Virus record (IMG/VR): IMGVR_UViG_3300020045_003119
Coordinates: 1 to 25,035 of that record
Origin: a virus
Taxonomy: Duplodnaviria; Caudoviricetes
Reading direction: 5' to 3' (one strand)
DNA length: 25,035 nt
Position 1 is the first letter of the stretch. Each line of letters opens with the position of its first letter. Below are positions 8,682-18,172 of the stretch, one piece after another. Both the position numbers and the translations under genes were made by a program. The notes below the pieces were generated by a model. That model did no database searches. It saw only the letters and a program-made list of their open reading frames with translations, and was not told the DNA's origin.

Positions 8682-10143
8682 TTTCTTTTATTTTTGATAG
8701 GTTTAAAGGTTCTTCTTTTGATTTACTTCTCATTTCGATTTGATATTCAACCCATTTATAATTATATCCTTTGTATGTGGCATAATCTTCTAACTGTCCT
8801 TGAGTATAAATTTGATGGTAAACCCAACCCATTTTATAACCTTTAGCTTTTGCAATTAACTCTAATTTTTTAAAGTCTGCATTATTAATTTCATCTTTTA
8901 TTTGCTGGTAACTCATTTCTTGCAAAACAGCAATCACGTCATCTTCAATTTGCTTTTCTGACTTTTCAAATATATGACCGCAATACTCGCAATTCATAAC
9001 CGAAGCTGGTAATATTGCAAAACAATCGGGACAATCTTTTACTGGTGTAGTACCAGCTATTTTTCTTTTCTTTTTTAAACTCCATTCTCTATCTTGCTCC
9101 CAAAAACCATGACGCTGTATATTGTTTCCAAAGTCAAGAATTGTGAAAGTAGATTTTCTTAAAGTTGTTCGAGAACCCCGACCAACCATTTGTAAAAATA
9201 AAGGCAAAGACATTGTTGCTCGATACAAAATAACTACATCAATATCAGGGCAATCAAAACCAGCGTTTAAAATACCAACGTTGCTAATCATTGCATTTTC
9301 AGTATTTTTAAACCAACTTAATATTCTGCGCCTTTCGGCTTCTGGTGTATTTGCGTCAATATGTTCAATAGGTAATCCTTTATCTTTAAACTCGCTAACA
9401 AGTTGCTTACTACTATTTACGTTTGTTGCAAAAATGATGGCTTTTTTATTTGGCGTTATTCTTTGGTAATTTTCGTAAACCCCGTTAAAAAGTTTAATAT
9501 CTGAATATCTTTGAGCAAGTTGATTTTCGTCAAAGTCGCCTTTAGTAATTTTTATGCCGTCAAGATTTATTTTTACTCCAAAACTATTTGGTTTTGCTAA
9601 AAACCCCAAATCAATTAGCTGTGATATTTTAACTACTTCGACAATATCTTGGTAAAATTCGTCAAGTGATTTTTGCGATTTTTCTCTATACGGTGTTGCA
9701 GTAGCTCCAATGACAATACACTTATCTGAAATAAATTCTAATAATGATGTAAAAGTTTGCTTGTGAGCTTCATCGATAATTACCAAATCTAAATCATTAA
9801 AAAAATCTTGGTATAATTTATCTTTTAATCTGCGAATTATTGTTTGAGCCATGCCAACGTATAAAATACCGTTAAGCGACTCTAATTTTCTTTTAGCATT
9901 TATTTCAATCGGTTTTAATCCAAATTCAGAAAGAGTACCACCAGCTTGCGTTAATAATTCAATACGGTCTGTAATAATTAAAGTTCGCTTTCCTTTTTCA
10001 ACTGCATTTTTACACATGAAAGAAAACATTACCGTTTTACCGCTACCAGTAGGTGCGCAAAGTATCAATTTTTTCTTTTTTAAAAGTATTTTTTTTCTTA
10101 GCTCAAAAACACTTTCGTTTTGATAATTTCTTAATTCAATCAT
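8656..10143 (-). CDS. SF2 DEAH-box helicase with C-terminal Zn finger (RadD/YejH-like)
   Basis: LRNYQ Q-motif, APTGSGKT, DEAH, TATP, GFDCPD and QMVGRGSR motifs; CPDC...CEYC Zn finger. Confidence 0.92.
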   Translation of the reverse strand: MIELRNYQNESVFELRKKILLKKKKLILCAPTGSGKTVMFSFMCKNAVEKGKRTLIITDRIELLTQAGGTLSEFGLKPIEINAKRKLESLNGILYVGMAQTIIRRLKDKLYQDFFNDLDLVIIDEAHKQTFTSLLEFISDKCIVIGATATPYREKSQKSLDEFYQDIVEVVKISQLIDLGFLAKPNSFGVKINLDGIKITKGDFDENQLAQRYSDIKLFNGVYENYQRITPNKKAIIFATNVNSSKQLVSEFKDKGLPIEHIDANTPEAERRRILSWFKNTENAMISNVGILNAGFDCPDIDVVILYRATMSLPLFLQMVGRGSRTTLRKSTFTILDFGNNIQRHGFWEQDREWSLKKKRKIAGTTPVKDCPDCFAILPASVMNCEYCGHIFEKSEKQIEDDVIAVLQEMSYQQIKDEINNADFKKLELIAKAKGYKMGWVYHQIYTQGQLEDYATYKGYNYKWVEYQIEMRSKSKEEPLNLSKIKENANRDTIT

Positions 10144-10164
10144 AATCAGTTATTTACGTTTTTA

Positions 10165-10387
10165 GTGTAGTAGGTGTAGTAGGGTGTAGTACCCCTTTTT
10201 CAGAGTTCTAGGATTTTCAATAATAAAATATATAAATCAATATGCAATCACCCTTGTATGTATAAAAATATTAAAAAAAGGTACTACCTATACTACACAC
10301 GGCCAAAAGGCTAATAAAATCAATACTTAAGGTGTAGTATAGGCTATTGATTTACCCCTACTACAACCGTACTACGGGGTACTACAC
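10165..10387. repeat. Putative phage replication origin with (GT)GTAGTA iterons in both orientations
   Basis: GTGTAGTA at 10165, 10174, 10184 and 10332. Inverted TACTAC(AC) at about 10282, 10291, 10359, 10370 and 10380. AT-rich core between them, directly downstream of the primase-helicase gene. Confidence 0.7.
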
Positions 10388-12607
10388 AAATTCAAGCCAA
10401 TAAACTATTTTTGGCGAGCTTCCATTAACTCTTTTACTTCTTTTTTCAAAACCTAATTTCTTTAAAGTAAGTCCTAGTTTATATGGATTAAGCCTTATTG
10501 TAGTTGATTTTTCCTCAATATACGCTTTGATTTCAGTATTAGTTAGCTCGGTTGTGTTTCCGCCTAATGATTCGGTCGGTGTAAAGTATTTCAATATCAG
10601 CTCTTCCTCTGGACTTGGTTGCTCATTCATCATACTAGAATTATTCAAAATAGTAATCTCATCTTTACTCAACATCCATTTATCACCACACTCTCTCCAT
10701 TCGTTATAAAGCTCCATAAACAAATCAACTTTGTTTATTTCGTTCATTTTTTCTAAGTCAAGATTGATTAAATTTACTGGAATAATCCTACGGTTGCCCG
10801 TTGGGTCGTTAATAACTTCGTCGTCGTTTGAAGTTCCGCAAAGTACAGCAAGCCTTTTTAAATCTTCGCTAGTTCTACCAAAAGGTCTTCTTAAGTTAAA
10901 CCATTGCTTGCTACTCAATTCTTTTAACCTCTTTGCATCTTGCTTGCTTTTCCCTCCAAATTCGTCATCCATTATGATTAATTTTTTAGTCATAAGAATT
11001 TCAGAATCTTTACCCTCGTCAAGTTTGCTTTCAGCATAATAACTCATTAATTCATCTGGTAAAAGAGTTCTGAAGAAGTTTGTTTTGTTGTTTCCTTGAC
11101 CGCCAGTTAAAACTAAAATAAGAAGCGAGTAAGTGCCATGCATCGAGCTAATCATACCTAGTAGCCACTTCTTTAAAAATATTTCCAAATAACCATCTAT
11201 TTGCTCTCTTTTCCCGTTTGCATAAGTGATTTGTTTATAATCGAAACAGCTACATAAACACTCAAAATTACCCGCTGGTTTTAAGTTCTTGTATTTTACA
11301 AAAAACTCATTAAATGGATTGTAGCCAATTGTATTTTCAGAATCAATAAGGCTAAACAATTTGTCTTTAGTAATCTTTTCATCGACTTGCTCGATTGCTT
11401 TTATGTAAATAGAATTATAATCCCTATCCGTCATAGGTTCTGAATTTAGTTCATAATTTCTAGTTATTTCATTAAACCTTAAATCAAACGTTTTAAGAAA
11501 CGCTTTTAAATCAGCTAAAACATCATTACTTTTTTGCTTTAAATCACTTTCTGGCAATTCAAAAACTTGGTTAATTGCCAAGTCAACATCGTCGCCAGTA
11601 ATATTTTCAAACTCTTCTAAATATTTTTTAGCTTCTTTTTTTGCAGTTTCAACATCTTTTGCACCACCATTAGTGCCAATTGTTTTTCTTCTAGCTTTCG
11701 TAATTCTTTCAATTACTTCGGTTCTTTTAGTCTTTATTTCAATACCAGCATTTTTACACAACCAAAGAAAAGTACCAATAGTAGCTATTTTTTCAGCGCT
11801 TCTTTTTTCTAAAATATCGTATAAATCGTTAACTGTTTCTGCATTATATTTTGGTGAGTTTTGAGAAACTAAATGAAATAAATCACGACCTTGTTGACCG
11901 CCGTATTTATTTTGCAATCCAGCACCAATTTTAAACCAGTCATCGTAAGAGTTGGTCAAGTCAATGCCTTTATCTGAAATCTGTTGAAACACAAAGTCTA
12001 GGTCGTTATCTGTATAAACGTAATGCTGTTTAGGCTCTAATTGCTTTGGCTTTAAATATTGCTTCCAAACTTTAGCTTTCTTATTTATATATAAGTCGGG
12101 GTCGTATGAAACAAATCTATACCTATCAACATTTTTACAACTCTTATCGATTACAACTTTGTAATTATCTAAAAAGTATTTCTCTAATGACAGGAAAGAT
12201 TCTAAATGCTTTTCTGGAACTATTTTTACATAAGTAGCTAATCCAAATCCACCTAAAGAAACGTGAACAGAATAAACGTAAGAATCGTTTTTAAGTTCTT
12301 CTAGTGTTTTTTGTAGGTTAAAATTTAGCTGATCTTTTGAATCAATATCAATACAAATAAATCCAGAATGTTCAATTAAGTTTTTACTGTTTCTATATGT
12401 AAAAGTTCCAGAAGCCGTTACGCCTCTTAAACTTAACTTTTCAATTTTACCAGTTCGATATTTTAAAACCTCATCTTGAAATTCACCATCCTTTATTTTT
12501 TGCAAGTAGTCGTCAAAATCAATATTGCAAAATGGAATAACCGCTGGCGAAAGCTTATTTGTTTTCGTGGATATTTTACCCTCTGGAAATAAAGATATTT
12601 TACTCAT
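10382..12607 (-). CDS. Primase/helicase replication protein (BT4734/VirE-N-like, PriCT-2 and VapE/VirE ATPase domains)
   Basis: TASGTF...HSGFICIDID...RFVSYDP N-terminal domain; SYDDWFKIG PriCT-2; P-loop GGQGNNKT, IMDDEF, GTSN and DPTGNRR. Confidence 0.88.
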   Translation of the reverse strand: MSKISLFPEGKISTKTNKLSPAVIPFCNIDFDDYLQKIKDGEFQDEVLKYRTGKIEKLSLRGVTASGTFTYRNSKNLIEHSGFICIDIDSKDQLNFNLQKTLEELKNDSYVYSVHVSLGGFGLATYVKIVPEKHLESFLSLEKYFLDNYKVVIDKSCKNVDRYRFVSYDPDLYINKKAKVWKQYLKPKQLEPKQHYVYTDNDLDFVFQQISDKGIDLTNSYDDWFKIGAGLQNKYGGQQGRDLFHLVSQNSPKYNAETVNDLYDILEKRSAEKIATIGTFLWLCKNAGIEIKTKRTEVIERITKARRKTIGTNGGAKDVETAKKEAKKYLEEFENITGDDVDLAINQVFELPESDLKQKSNDVLADLKAFLKTFDLRFNEITRNYELNSEPMTDRDYNSIYIKAIEQVDEKITKDKLFSLIDSENTIGYNPFNEFFVKYKNLKPAGNFECLCSCFDYKQITYANGKREQIDGYLEIFLKKWLLGMISSMHGTYSLLILVLTGGQGNNKTNFFRTLLPDELMSYYAESKLDEGKDSEILMTKKLIIMDDEFGGKSKQDAKRLKELSSKQWFNLRRPFGRTSEDLKRLAVLCGTSNDDEVINDPTGNRRIIPVNLINLDLEKMNEINKVDLFMELYNEWRECGDKWMLSKDEITILNNSSMMNEQPSPEEELILKYFTPTESLGGNTTELTNTEIKAYIEEKSTTIRLNPYKLGLTLKKLGFEKRSKRVNGSSPKIVYWLEFV

Positions 12608-12765
12608 AGTCTTTCAATTAAAAAAAGTTCAGAAACTTTCCAGTTGTTTCTTTCAAGCCTTGCGTTAAGAGTTGGTCTAGTAATTCCGATTTCTTTTGCA
12701 ACCTCTTCTTGAGATTTAAAACAAAGCAATCTTTTTACTCTTTGCGACGCATCGTACTTCGTCAT
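12604..12765 (-). CDS. Small Cro/Xre-like HTH protein, 53 aa
   Basis: Hand-translated MTKYDASQRVKRLLCFKSQEEVAKEIGITRPTLNARLERNNWKVSELFLIERL. ATGA overlap with the primase gene; TATATTTG -7 box at 12820-12827. Confidence 0.75.
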   Translation of the reverse strand: MTKYDASQRVKRLLCFKSQEEVAKEIGITRPTLNARLERNNWKVSELFLIERL

Positions 12766-12830
12766 AATGTAAATTTTTTTACAAGTTAATAGCTAAAAAT
12801 ATCCCTTTCGGGATTAATACAAATATAATC

Positions 12831-12864
12831 AAAAAAACAACACCCGCAACTTAATCGGGTGTTT
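12831..12864 (-). terminator. Intrinsic terminator after the SSB-like gene
   Basis: Minus strand AACACCCG-ATTAAGTTG-CGGGTGTT followed by GTTTTTTT. Confidence 0.65.
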
Positions 12865-12872
12865 ATTTATTG

Positions 12873-13187
12873 CTAGAACGGCAAATCGTCATGCTCTTCT
12901 TCGCCTTGTGGAATCGGAGTAGCGGGTAATGCTTCTTTTTTCTTAGCTACTTCAATTTTACCATCTGTCCAAAAACAACGACCGTTACCTACATAAAAAC
13001 GAGGCTTTTTATCTTCTCTTTCTTCTTTGCTTTGAGATACGTATGTTGATACGTTTTGGTCAAATTGATTGCTGTCATCGCTTATTGAAATATCAATATT
13101 GATTCCTTTCTCATTTTTTGCTTTTACAGTTTTTAAAAGCGTTTCTAGTGTTTCTACTTTAATGTAAATGTTTGATAAACTACTCAT
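12873..13187 (-). CDS. Putative single-stranded DNA-binding protein
   Basis: Acidic C-terminal tail EEEHDDLPF; follows the recombinase and exonuclease genes. Confidence 0.65.
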   Translation of the reverse strand: MSSLSNIYIKVETLETLLKTVKAKNEKGINIDISISDDSNQFDQNVSTYVSQSKEEREDKKPRFYVGNGRCFWTDGKIEVAKKKEALPATPIPQGEEEHDDLPF

Positions 13188-13945
13188 TTTTTAATTGTTT
13201 CTATGTACTGGCGTACGTTAATAACTCTATTTTTTAAATCTTCAATAACTGATTCATCGTATTGCACAAAGAACTCTTTTATTCTGTATTTTGTATCAAT
13301 GTTTGAATAGTCATTTTTTGTTTCCCAAGTCAATTCATCTGGTGTATTTAAAAGTACGTAAACTAAACGAGCTTTTTTAGTTCCAGTAAGATGCATATAA
13401 ACTTGAAGTTGATAGTAATAGTCAGAAGTAGGTATTTCATATTCAAACAAAGGGAACGTAAAGCAATCCCAACTATTTTTAATATCTAAAACTTCATCAT
13501 TTAATATTAAGTCTGGCGTTCCTTTAAAGTATTCGTCTTCAAATGTTTCTTCATTTTTTAAAACAAACGGCAAATCTAACCATGTAATAGCGCAGTCAAT
13601 CGCTTCATCTTCTAAAGTCAAGCCTTTAGATAAATACTTCGATTTTATTTCTTGACTAACTTTGTAAATCTGCTCTTTAAGATAATTTTGAACAAACGTT
13701 TTTGCGGTTTGTGAAATTTCCTTTTTGTCTTTTATCAATTCCAATTCAGAAATTAATTTTTTGCAATTCGGAATATCCTCGTTTAAAGTTTTTAACGCTG
13801 TTTTACATTGTTTGTTTGCGAACGCCTCATATTTTAACTCTAACGAAACTAACTTATCACAAGCCTCGTTATATTTTTCTAAATTACTTTTACCTGTTGG
13901 GTTGGTCATTAATTTACCAGCAGCCGAAGCTCTTATTTTAAACAT
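13184..13945 (-). CDS. YqaJ/lambda-exonuclease-like PD-(D/E)XK nuclease
   Basis: IRAS, GLTLEDEA, GTPDLI...DIKNSW and YYYQLQVYM motifs. Confidence 0.8.
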   Translation of the reverse strand: MFKIRASAAGKLMTNPTGKSNLEKYNEACDKLVSLELKYEAFANKQCKTALKTLNEDIPNCKKLISELELIKDKKEISQTAKTFVQNYLKEQIYKVSQEIKSKYLSKGLTLEDEAIDCAITWLDLPFVLKNEETFEDEYFKGTPDLILNDEVLDIKNSWDCFTFPLFEYEIPTSDYYYQLQVYMHLTGTKKARLVYVLLNTPDELTWETKNDYSNIDTKYRIKEFFVQYDESVIEDLKNRVINVRQYIETIKK

Positions 13946-14568
13946 AGTAACAACTCGTTTTCGTTAGACAATTGGTATTTAGATTTTACTTGGTCAATAG
14001 TATAGTTTCCACTGTCAACAGATTCTTTAACCTTATCCCAATTCGGGTGTGTAGGTGTTAATTCAATTAGCGTTAAATCCATTTCGTAACTAATCAAATC
14101 TTTTCTATTTAAGTCAGCACCGAATAAATTACCGAAGTGGTCGCAAGCGTCTTTAATAGCTATTGTTTTAGCCATTGGGAAAGCCATTGATAACGCCCCG
14201 TTGTTTATGTTAATCATATCGGTACAACTTGTTCCTTTAGCTGTTTGCAATTGACTTGCTCCAATACCATCGTGAAACTCCCAGGTTCCGTTTATTGGGT
14301 GTAAGTAATGAACTCGAACCGTTACCCAAACACCGTTAAACGCTGTTCCTTGTCCTGTTACTTCAATACGATAATTTTTAAAAATAGTCTTTAAAAGAAA
14401 CTCTACTCTTTCAATTGGCAAGTATTTATAATTTTTAATAATTGGGTGTTCTTTTACCCACTTAGCTTGTGGTGGTTGATTCATAAGCATAACAAAAGCA
14501 TCATTTTTTTGTATTGATACTTTGTCGTTGTATAAATCTTGGATTTTAGGTAATCTACTAGTACTCAT
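13933..14568 (-). CDS. ssDNA-annealing recombinase (Sak/Rad52-like)
   Basis: YKYLPIERVE...DGIGA...AKTIAIKDACDHFGNLFGADL motifs; paired with the exonuclease and SSB-like genes. Confidence 0.7.
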   Translation of the reverse strand: MSTSRLPKIQDLYNDKVSIQKNDAFVMLMNQPPQAKWVKEHPIIKNYKYLPIERVEFLLKTIFKNYRIEVTGQGTAFNGVWVTVRVHYLHPINGTWEFHDGIGASQLQTAKGTSCTDMININNGALSMAFPMAKTIAIKDACDHFGNLFGADLNRKDLISYEMDLTLIELTPTHPNWDKVKESVDSGNYTIDQVKSKYQLSNENELLLCLK

Positions 14569-14650
14569 AATTTCATAATTTTAATAAGCAAATCTAACAA
14601 AAACAATTCATTAAATCGCTATGGTTGTGGTAGTTTAGAATGGTTTTAGA

Positions 14651-14860
14651 TTAGTAAAATATAGGTTCTTCATCGAAATTCATTTTGCTCGGCACTAACA
14701 AATAACTATCTTTTTTCTCGATAACGAAAATTGAAGATAATGATTGTTTGTTCTCATGCGATATAAATCCGTCGGTGTTAATACCTAATTTAATAGCTTT
14801 GGATAGCGTTAAATTAAACGGCATGCCTGATTGTTGTGTTAGCTCGTGGATTGGGTTCAT
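14651..14860 (-). CDS. Hypothetical protein, 69 aa
   Basis: ATGA-coupled ORF. Confidence 0.5.
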   Translation of the reverse strand: MNPIHELTQQSGMPFNLTLSKAIKLGINTDGFISHENKQSLSSIFVIEKKDSYLLVPSKMNFDEEPIFY

Positions 14861-15285
14861 TGGAAATTACTTTTAAATACTTTGTATAATTCAGCGTATT
14901 CTGAATAGTTAGATATTTCATTTTCAGCTTTTAAAGCATGGTGAATTGTTACGTGATTCATTCCACAAGTTTGTGCTATATGAAAAGATTTAAAGCCTTT
15001 ACTTATACAATGTTTATAGAATATAAGCCTAACGCAAACAAATTCTCTTTTTCTTGACTTTTTAAAAATATCAGATCCAAAAACTTTATTGAATTGATTT
15101 TGCAAATCCTTAATCTGGTCATAATATAGTTTGAAACTATTCCTCTCGATTTTAACCTTTTCTTTTTCAAGTACAAACGGCTTATTATCTGGTTCTTTTT
15201 CAAAACCGTTTAATATTATTTTGATTGCTGAACATTGTGATTCATGAAACTCTAATAGTTTCTGTAATTCTTTTTTGATTTCCAT
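14857..15285 (-). CDS. Protein with a DnaA C-terminal-like (Bac_DnaA_C) HTH domain
   Basis: KSRKREFVCVRLIF...IAQTCGMNHVTIHHA resembles the DnaA domain IV pattern (kSR...ar.iam...IG..f..dHtTv.ha). Confidence 0.65.
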   Translation of the reverse strand: MEIKKELQKLLEFHESQCSAIKIILNGFEKEPDNKPFVLEKEKVKIERNSFKLYYDQIKDLQNQFNKVFGSDIFKKSRKREFVCVRLIFYKHCISKGFKSFHIAQTCGMNHVTIHHALKAENEISNYSEYAELYKVFKSNFQ

Positions 15286-15290
15286 AATTT

Positions 15291-15440
15291 CTATCGTTTT
15301 AAATTTTTACACCAATTATAAGAAACAATAACCCAATAAATAAACATTGCAAGTATTGGAATAATTGAAAGTTTTTGATTGTAGTTAAATGTTATAATTG
15401 AAATGATTGTGAGAATGAATAGGATTAGGGTTGGTTTCAT
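15291..15440 (-). CDS. Small membrane protein, 49 aa, two hydrophobic segments
   Basis: Hand-translated MKPTLILFILTIISIITFNYNQKLSIIPILAMFIYWVIVSYNWCKNLKR. Confidence 0.4.
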   Translation of the reverse strand: MKPTLILFILTIISIITFNYNQKLSIIPILAMFIYWVIVSYNWCKNLKR

Positions 15441-15545
15441 GGTTGTGTTGTGTTAAATTCCGTTTTCTAAATAGTCTAGTTTTTGTTTTATGCTTTCATA
15501 ATCTCTATTTTTATTTATTAATAATTCTATTCTCACTACACCGTG

Positions 15546-16040
15546 TTAAGGTGTTGGCATTTTCATAAATGTCATCCAAATTGTTTTTCCCGTTTTTCCA
15601 GTGAAATCTCCGAAAAGTGGTTTTACAGACAAAAGTTTTAAAAGTTCAGAAGTTTTTATATTTGATTCCGCCCATTTGAAAACTAGAACGCCATAATCAT
15701 CTACGCATCGCCAACATTCTTCAAATCCTTCAACAACATATTTAACTCCTTCTCCCTTTGGTAAAATTCCGTACTTAATATTTATCACGCCTTTCATTGA
15801 ACCGCTTTCTAAATGTGGTGGGTCATAAACTACTAATTTAAAACTTTTGTCCGCAAACGGTAGGTTTCTAAAATCTGCAATTACATCTGGTTTTACTTCC
15901 CAATTAGGATTCCAATTATTATTAAATGCGCCTTTATCAACTTCTCTTTGGTCAACAAATAAAACATCTTTGTTATTCTTATCGTGCCAGAACATTCTAC
16001 CGCCACAGCAAGCATCTAAAATCAATTTATTATCATTCAT
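15546..16040 (-). CDS. SAM-dependent methyltransferase, probably an amino-type DNA MTase
   Basis: Motif I ILDACCGGRMFW, ADFRNLPF and motif IV variant DPPH. Confidence 0.85.
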   Translation of the reverse strand: MNDNKLILDACCGGRMFWHDKNNKDVLFVDQREVDKGAFNNNWNPNWEVKPDVIADFRNLPFADKSFKLVVYDPPHLESGSMKGVINIKYGILPKGEGVKYVVEGFEECWRCVDDYGVLVFKWAESNIKTSELLKLLSVKPLFGDFTGKTGKTIWMTFMKMPTP

Positions 16041-16473
16041 AATTTCTATCTTTTTATACCCTCACTACACCACTCAAAGATTCTTAATCGTTTCTTTTGG
16101 TTGTAGGATAGGCGGTTTTGGTGTTTCGTCAACTCGATTTCATTTGCCATTTCAGGCGCTAGCATAATCTTAGCAAATAGCTTTAGATTATTAGTTGTTG
16201 TTTGGATGTGGGTGGTCATTGGTGTAAGGATTTTTCTAAATATAGTTCTTTATTACAGTATTTACACTTGTAAATATCTGAGTAGTTTAAGTTTAAAAAA
16301 TGCAAATGCCTATGAGGGCAATTGCCTAATAAAATCTTAAATAAACACAATCTTACCATCAGTTTAAATTTACTATACAAGTTTCATCGGTCCACCAAGA
16401 TTCATATCTGCTTCTGTATGGTAAAAACCATCTATAATGAAATGCCGTTAACATAATTTCCTATTTTTTAAAG

Positions 16474-16884
16474 TTAATTCAAATCCCCTCTCAAAGATTT
16501 TAAAGCCATTAGAACCACTCCGATATTTTCCTCTGACGGCTCTAATATTTCAATTGCTTTGTTGATTCGGGATTCTAGTGTTTCAATGCGTTTGTCTTTG
16601 TTTACGTTGTCGATGTATGAAAATGTTAAATCGATTTGCAAGCGTTTCTTTTTGCTTAGATTATTGTAATCGAGTTCTTCACGGTCTTGACTATGATTGT
16701 CGTTGTAGGGAGTTGATTGGTTGTTTGTCGAAAGCTCTTTGGTAAATTCGGAACAGTAAGTTTCTAAAACTTTTTGATTATCCCAAGCTCCTCTAAAATC
16801 ATACTTTTGCCTTAAAAACAACTTGTCTTGATAGGTTAACTTTTTAAACCATTCTATTGATTCTTTAGCTATTGTGCTTTCCAT
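16474..16884 (-). CDS. Hypothetical protein, 136 aa
   Basis: ORF in the early-gene string. Confidence 0.55.
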   Translation of the reverse strand: MESTIAKESIEWFKKLTYQDKLFLRQKYDFRGAWDNQKVLETYCSEFTKELSTNNQSTPYNDNHSQDREELDYNNLSKKKRLQIDLTFSYIDNVNKDKRIETLESRINKAIEILEPSEENIGVVLMALKSLRGDLN

Positions 16885-16903
16885 AATTCCTTTAATTTAA
16901 TTG

Positions 16904-17230
16904 TTAAACTTCGGTTGCTTTTTTGATGTGAGTTGAGTTACATCTAAAAAGACCTTTACCTATTTGTATAAGCACGTCTTGAATATATCCGATACCTACT
17001 ACTCCCGTGCAAAAATGATTTTTAATATTTGACTCTATAATAATAGCGTCAATGTATTTTAATTCTTTTTCTATACCCGTTATATTGGGGTAAGAATTAA
17101 CGATGTGGGTATCAACAAATCCATTAAACCCAACAGAAGTTAAAGAACTGCCGTCAATTAATCTCACAATATCTCCTTTTTTAAAGTTTTGTTTTTTATG
17201 TTCGTCTACTTGGAATGATTGTTTGTACAT
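16904..17230 (-). CDS. Hypothetical protein, 108 aa
   Basis: FKKGDIVRL SH3/KOW-like start. Confidence 0.55.
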   Translation of the reverse strand: MYKQSFQVDEHKKQNFKKGDIVRLIDGSSLTSVGFNGFVDTHIVNSYPNITGIEKELKYIDAIIIESNIKNHFCTGVVGIGYIQDVLIQIGKGLFRCNSTHIKKATEV

Positions 17231-17234
17231 AACC

Positions 17235-17441
17235 TTACTTTTTTAATTGTTGTTCACTTACTTTTGTTAAACTCTCGTCTTGTAGCTTTTTAATGGCTTT
17301 GTTGGTGATTGTTTGTAATTCTAACGGGTTTAGGTCTCTAGTGGCTAAAATAGCTTTTCTTAGATTTTCATGCGACCCGTGAGCGTCGATATCTTCTTGG
17401 GAGTATCTAATCTCGTAGCGTTTAGTTTTTGATTGTTTCAT
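17235..17441 (-). CDS. Hypothetical protein, 68 aa (possible ribbon-helix-helix)
   Basis: KTKRYEIRYS beta-ribbon-like N-terminus; ATGA overlap. Confidence 0.45.
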   Translation of the reverse strand: MKQSKTKRYEIRYSQEDIDAHGSHENLRKAILATRDLNPLELQTITNKAIKKLQDESLTKVSEQQLKK

Positions 17442-17617
17442 TTTATTTCTGCTAATTCTGTTTCGCTTTCAACTATTCTTGTGTAGTAATCAGGATGTAA
17501 ATTCATGCACATTCCCATTTCTATTCTATCTCTGCGACTTTCTGAATATTCTGAAACATCGTTTCTAGTTACAATTTCTTCTGTTTTTCCGTTTACTCTT
17601 TCGATATAAAATTTCAT
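17438..17617 (-). CDS. Hypothetical protein, 59 aa
   Basis: Start moved to MKFYIER (GAAATTATG) because the promoter at 17646-17676 lies inside the longer track ORF. Confidence 0.5.
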   Translation of the reverse strand: MKFYIERVNGKTEEIVTRNDVSEYSESRRDRIEMGMCMNLHPDYYTRIVESETELAEIK

Positions 17618-17645
17618 AATTTCTAGTTGTTTAATTATTACCTGA

Positions 17646-17676
17646 CAAACGTACGTACAATTCAACTACCAGCAAA
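17646..17676 (-). promoter_or_regulatory. Bacteroidetes primary-sigma promoter
   Basis: TTTG (17673-17676), 19-nt spacer, TACGTTTG (17646-17653); matches TTTG-N19-21-TAnnTTTG. Confidence 0.7.
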
Positions 17677-17786
17677 ATAATTTAGCGACTATTTTCAACT
17701 AACAGCGCAATTTAGAACCATTCAAAATAACAAACGTGTTAACTAAATCACCATTCCGTTAACATATAGTATATGATATGTTAATG

Positions 17787-17814
17787 AAAAACCCGACTTG
17801 TTTAGGGTCGGGTT
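17787..17814 (-). terminator. Intrinsic terminator
   Basis: AACCCGAC-CCTAAACAA-GTCGGGTT followed by TTT. Confidence 0.65.
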
Positions 17815-17882
17815 GGCGTTGTTAGTAGTAGAAACAATACCGATAAATATGAAGTCCAAGATTCAATGCGAATATAGTTAAT

Positions 17883-18158
17883 TTATTCTACTTTGTATTT
17901 TTGAGGTACAAAATCGTTATGAACGTGGAATAATCCCGCCCAAACTAAACTATTAGCCATAGTTATTATCATTTGCATTTCGTTATTGTCGTTAGCTAAT
18001 GAAGTTAAATATTCGTAATTAGTTTCTAAATCTTCACAAAGCTCTAAAACTGTTTTTTCATCGTACTTTATAAAATCTTTGTCAAATATTAAACTGTGTG
18101 GTTCTCTTTTCATGCAGTGAATTAATACTGCCTCATTATTGTATTTTGGTGCTTTCAT
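17883..18158 (-). CDS. Hypothetical protein, 91 aa
   Basis: ORF in the minus-strand operon. Confidence 0.55.
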   Translation of the reverse strand: MKAPKYNNEAVLIHCMKREPHSLIFDKDFIKYDEKTVLELCEDLETNYEYLTSLANDNNEMQMIITMANSLVWAGLFHVHNDFVPQKYKVE

Positions 18159-18172
18159 AATTGATTGTATTT

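Noticed and set aside
10165-10387. CRISPR array
   Set aside because: Repeats are only 6-9 bp, irregularly spaced and in both orientations, with no spacers or cas genes.
15003-15203. Alternative-frame minus-strand ORF of 66 aa
   Set aside because: Nested in the DnaA_C-like gene, non-ATG start and no slippery site noticed.
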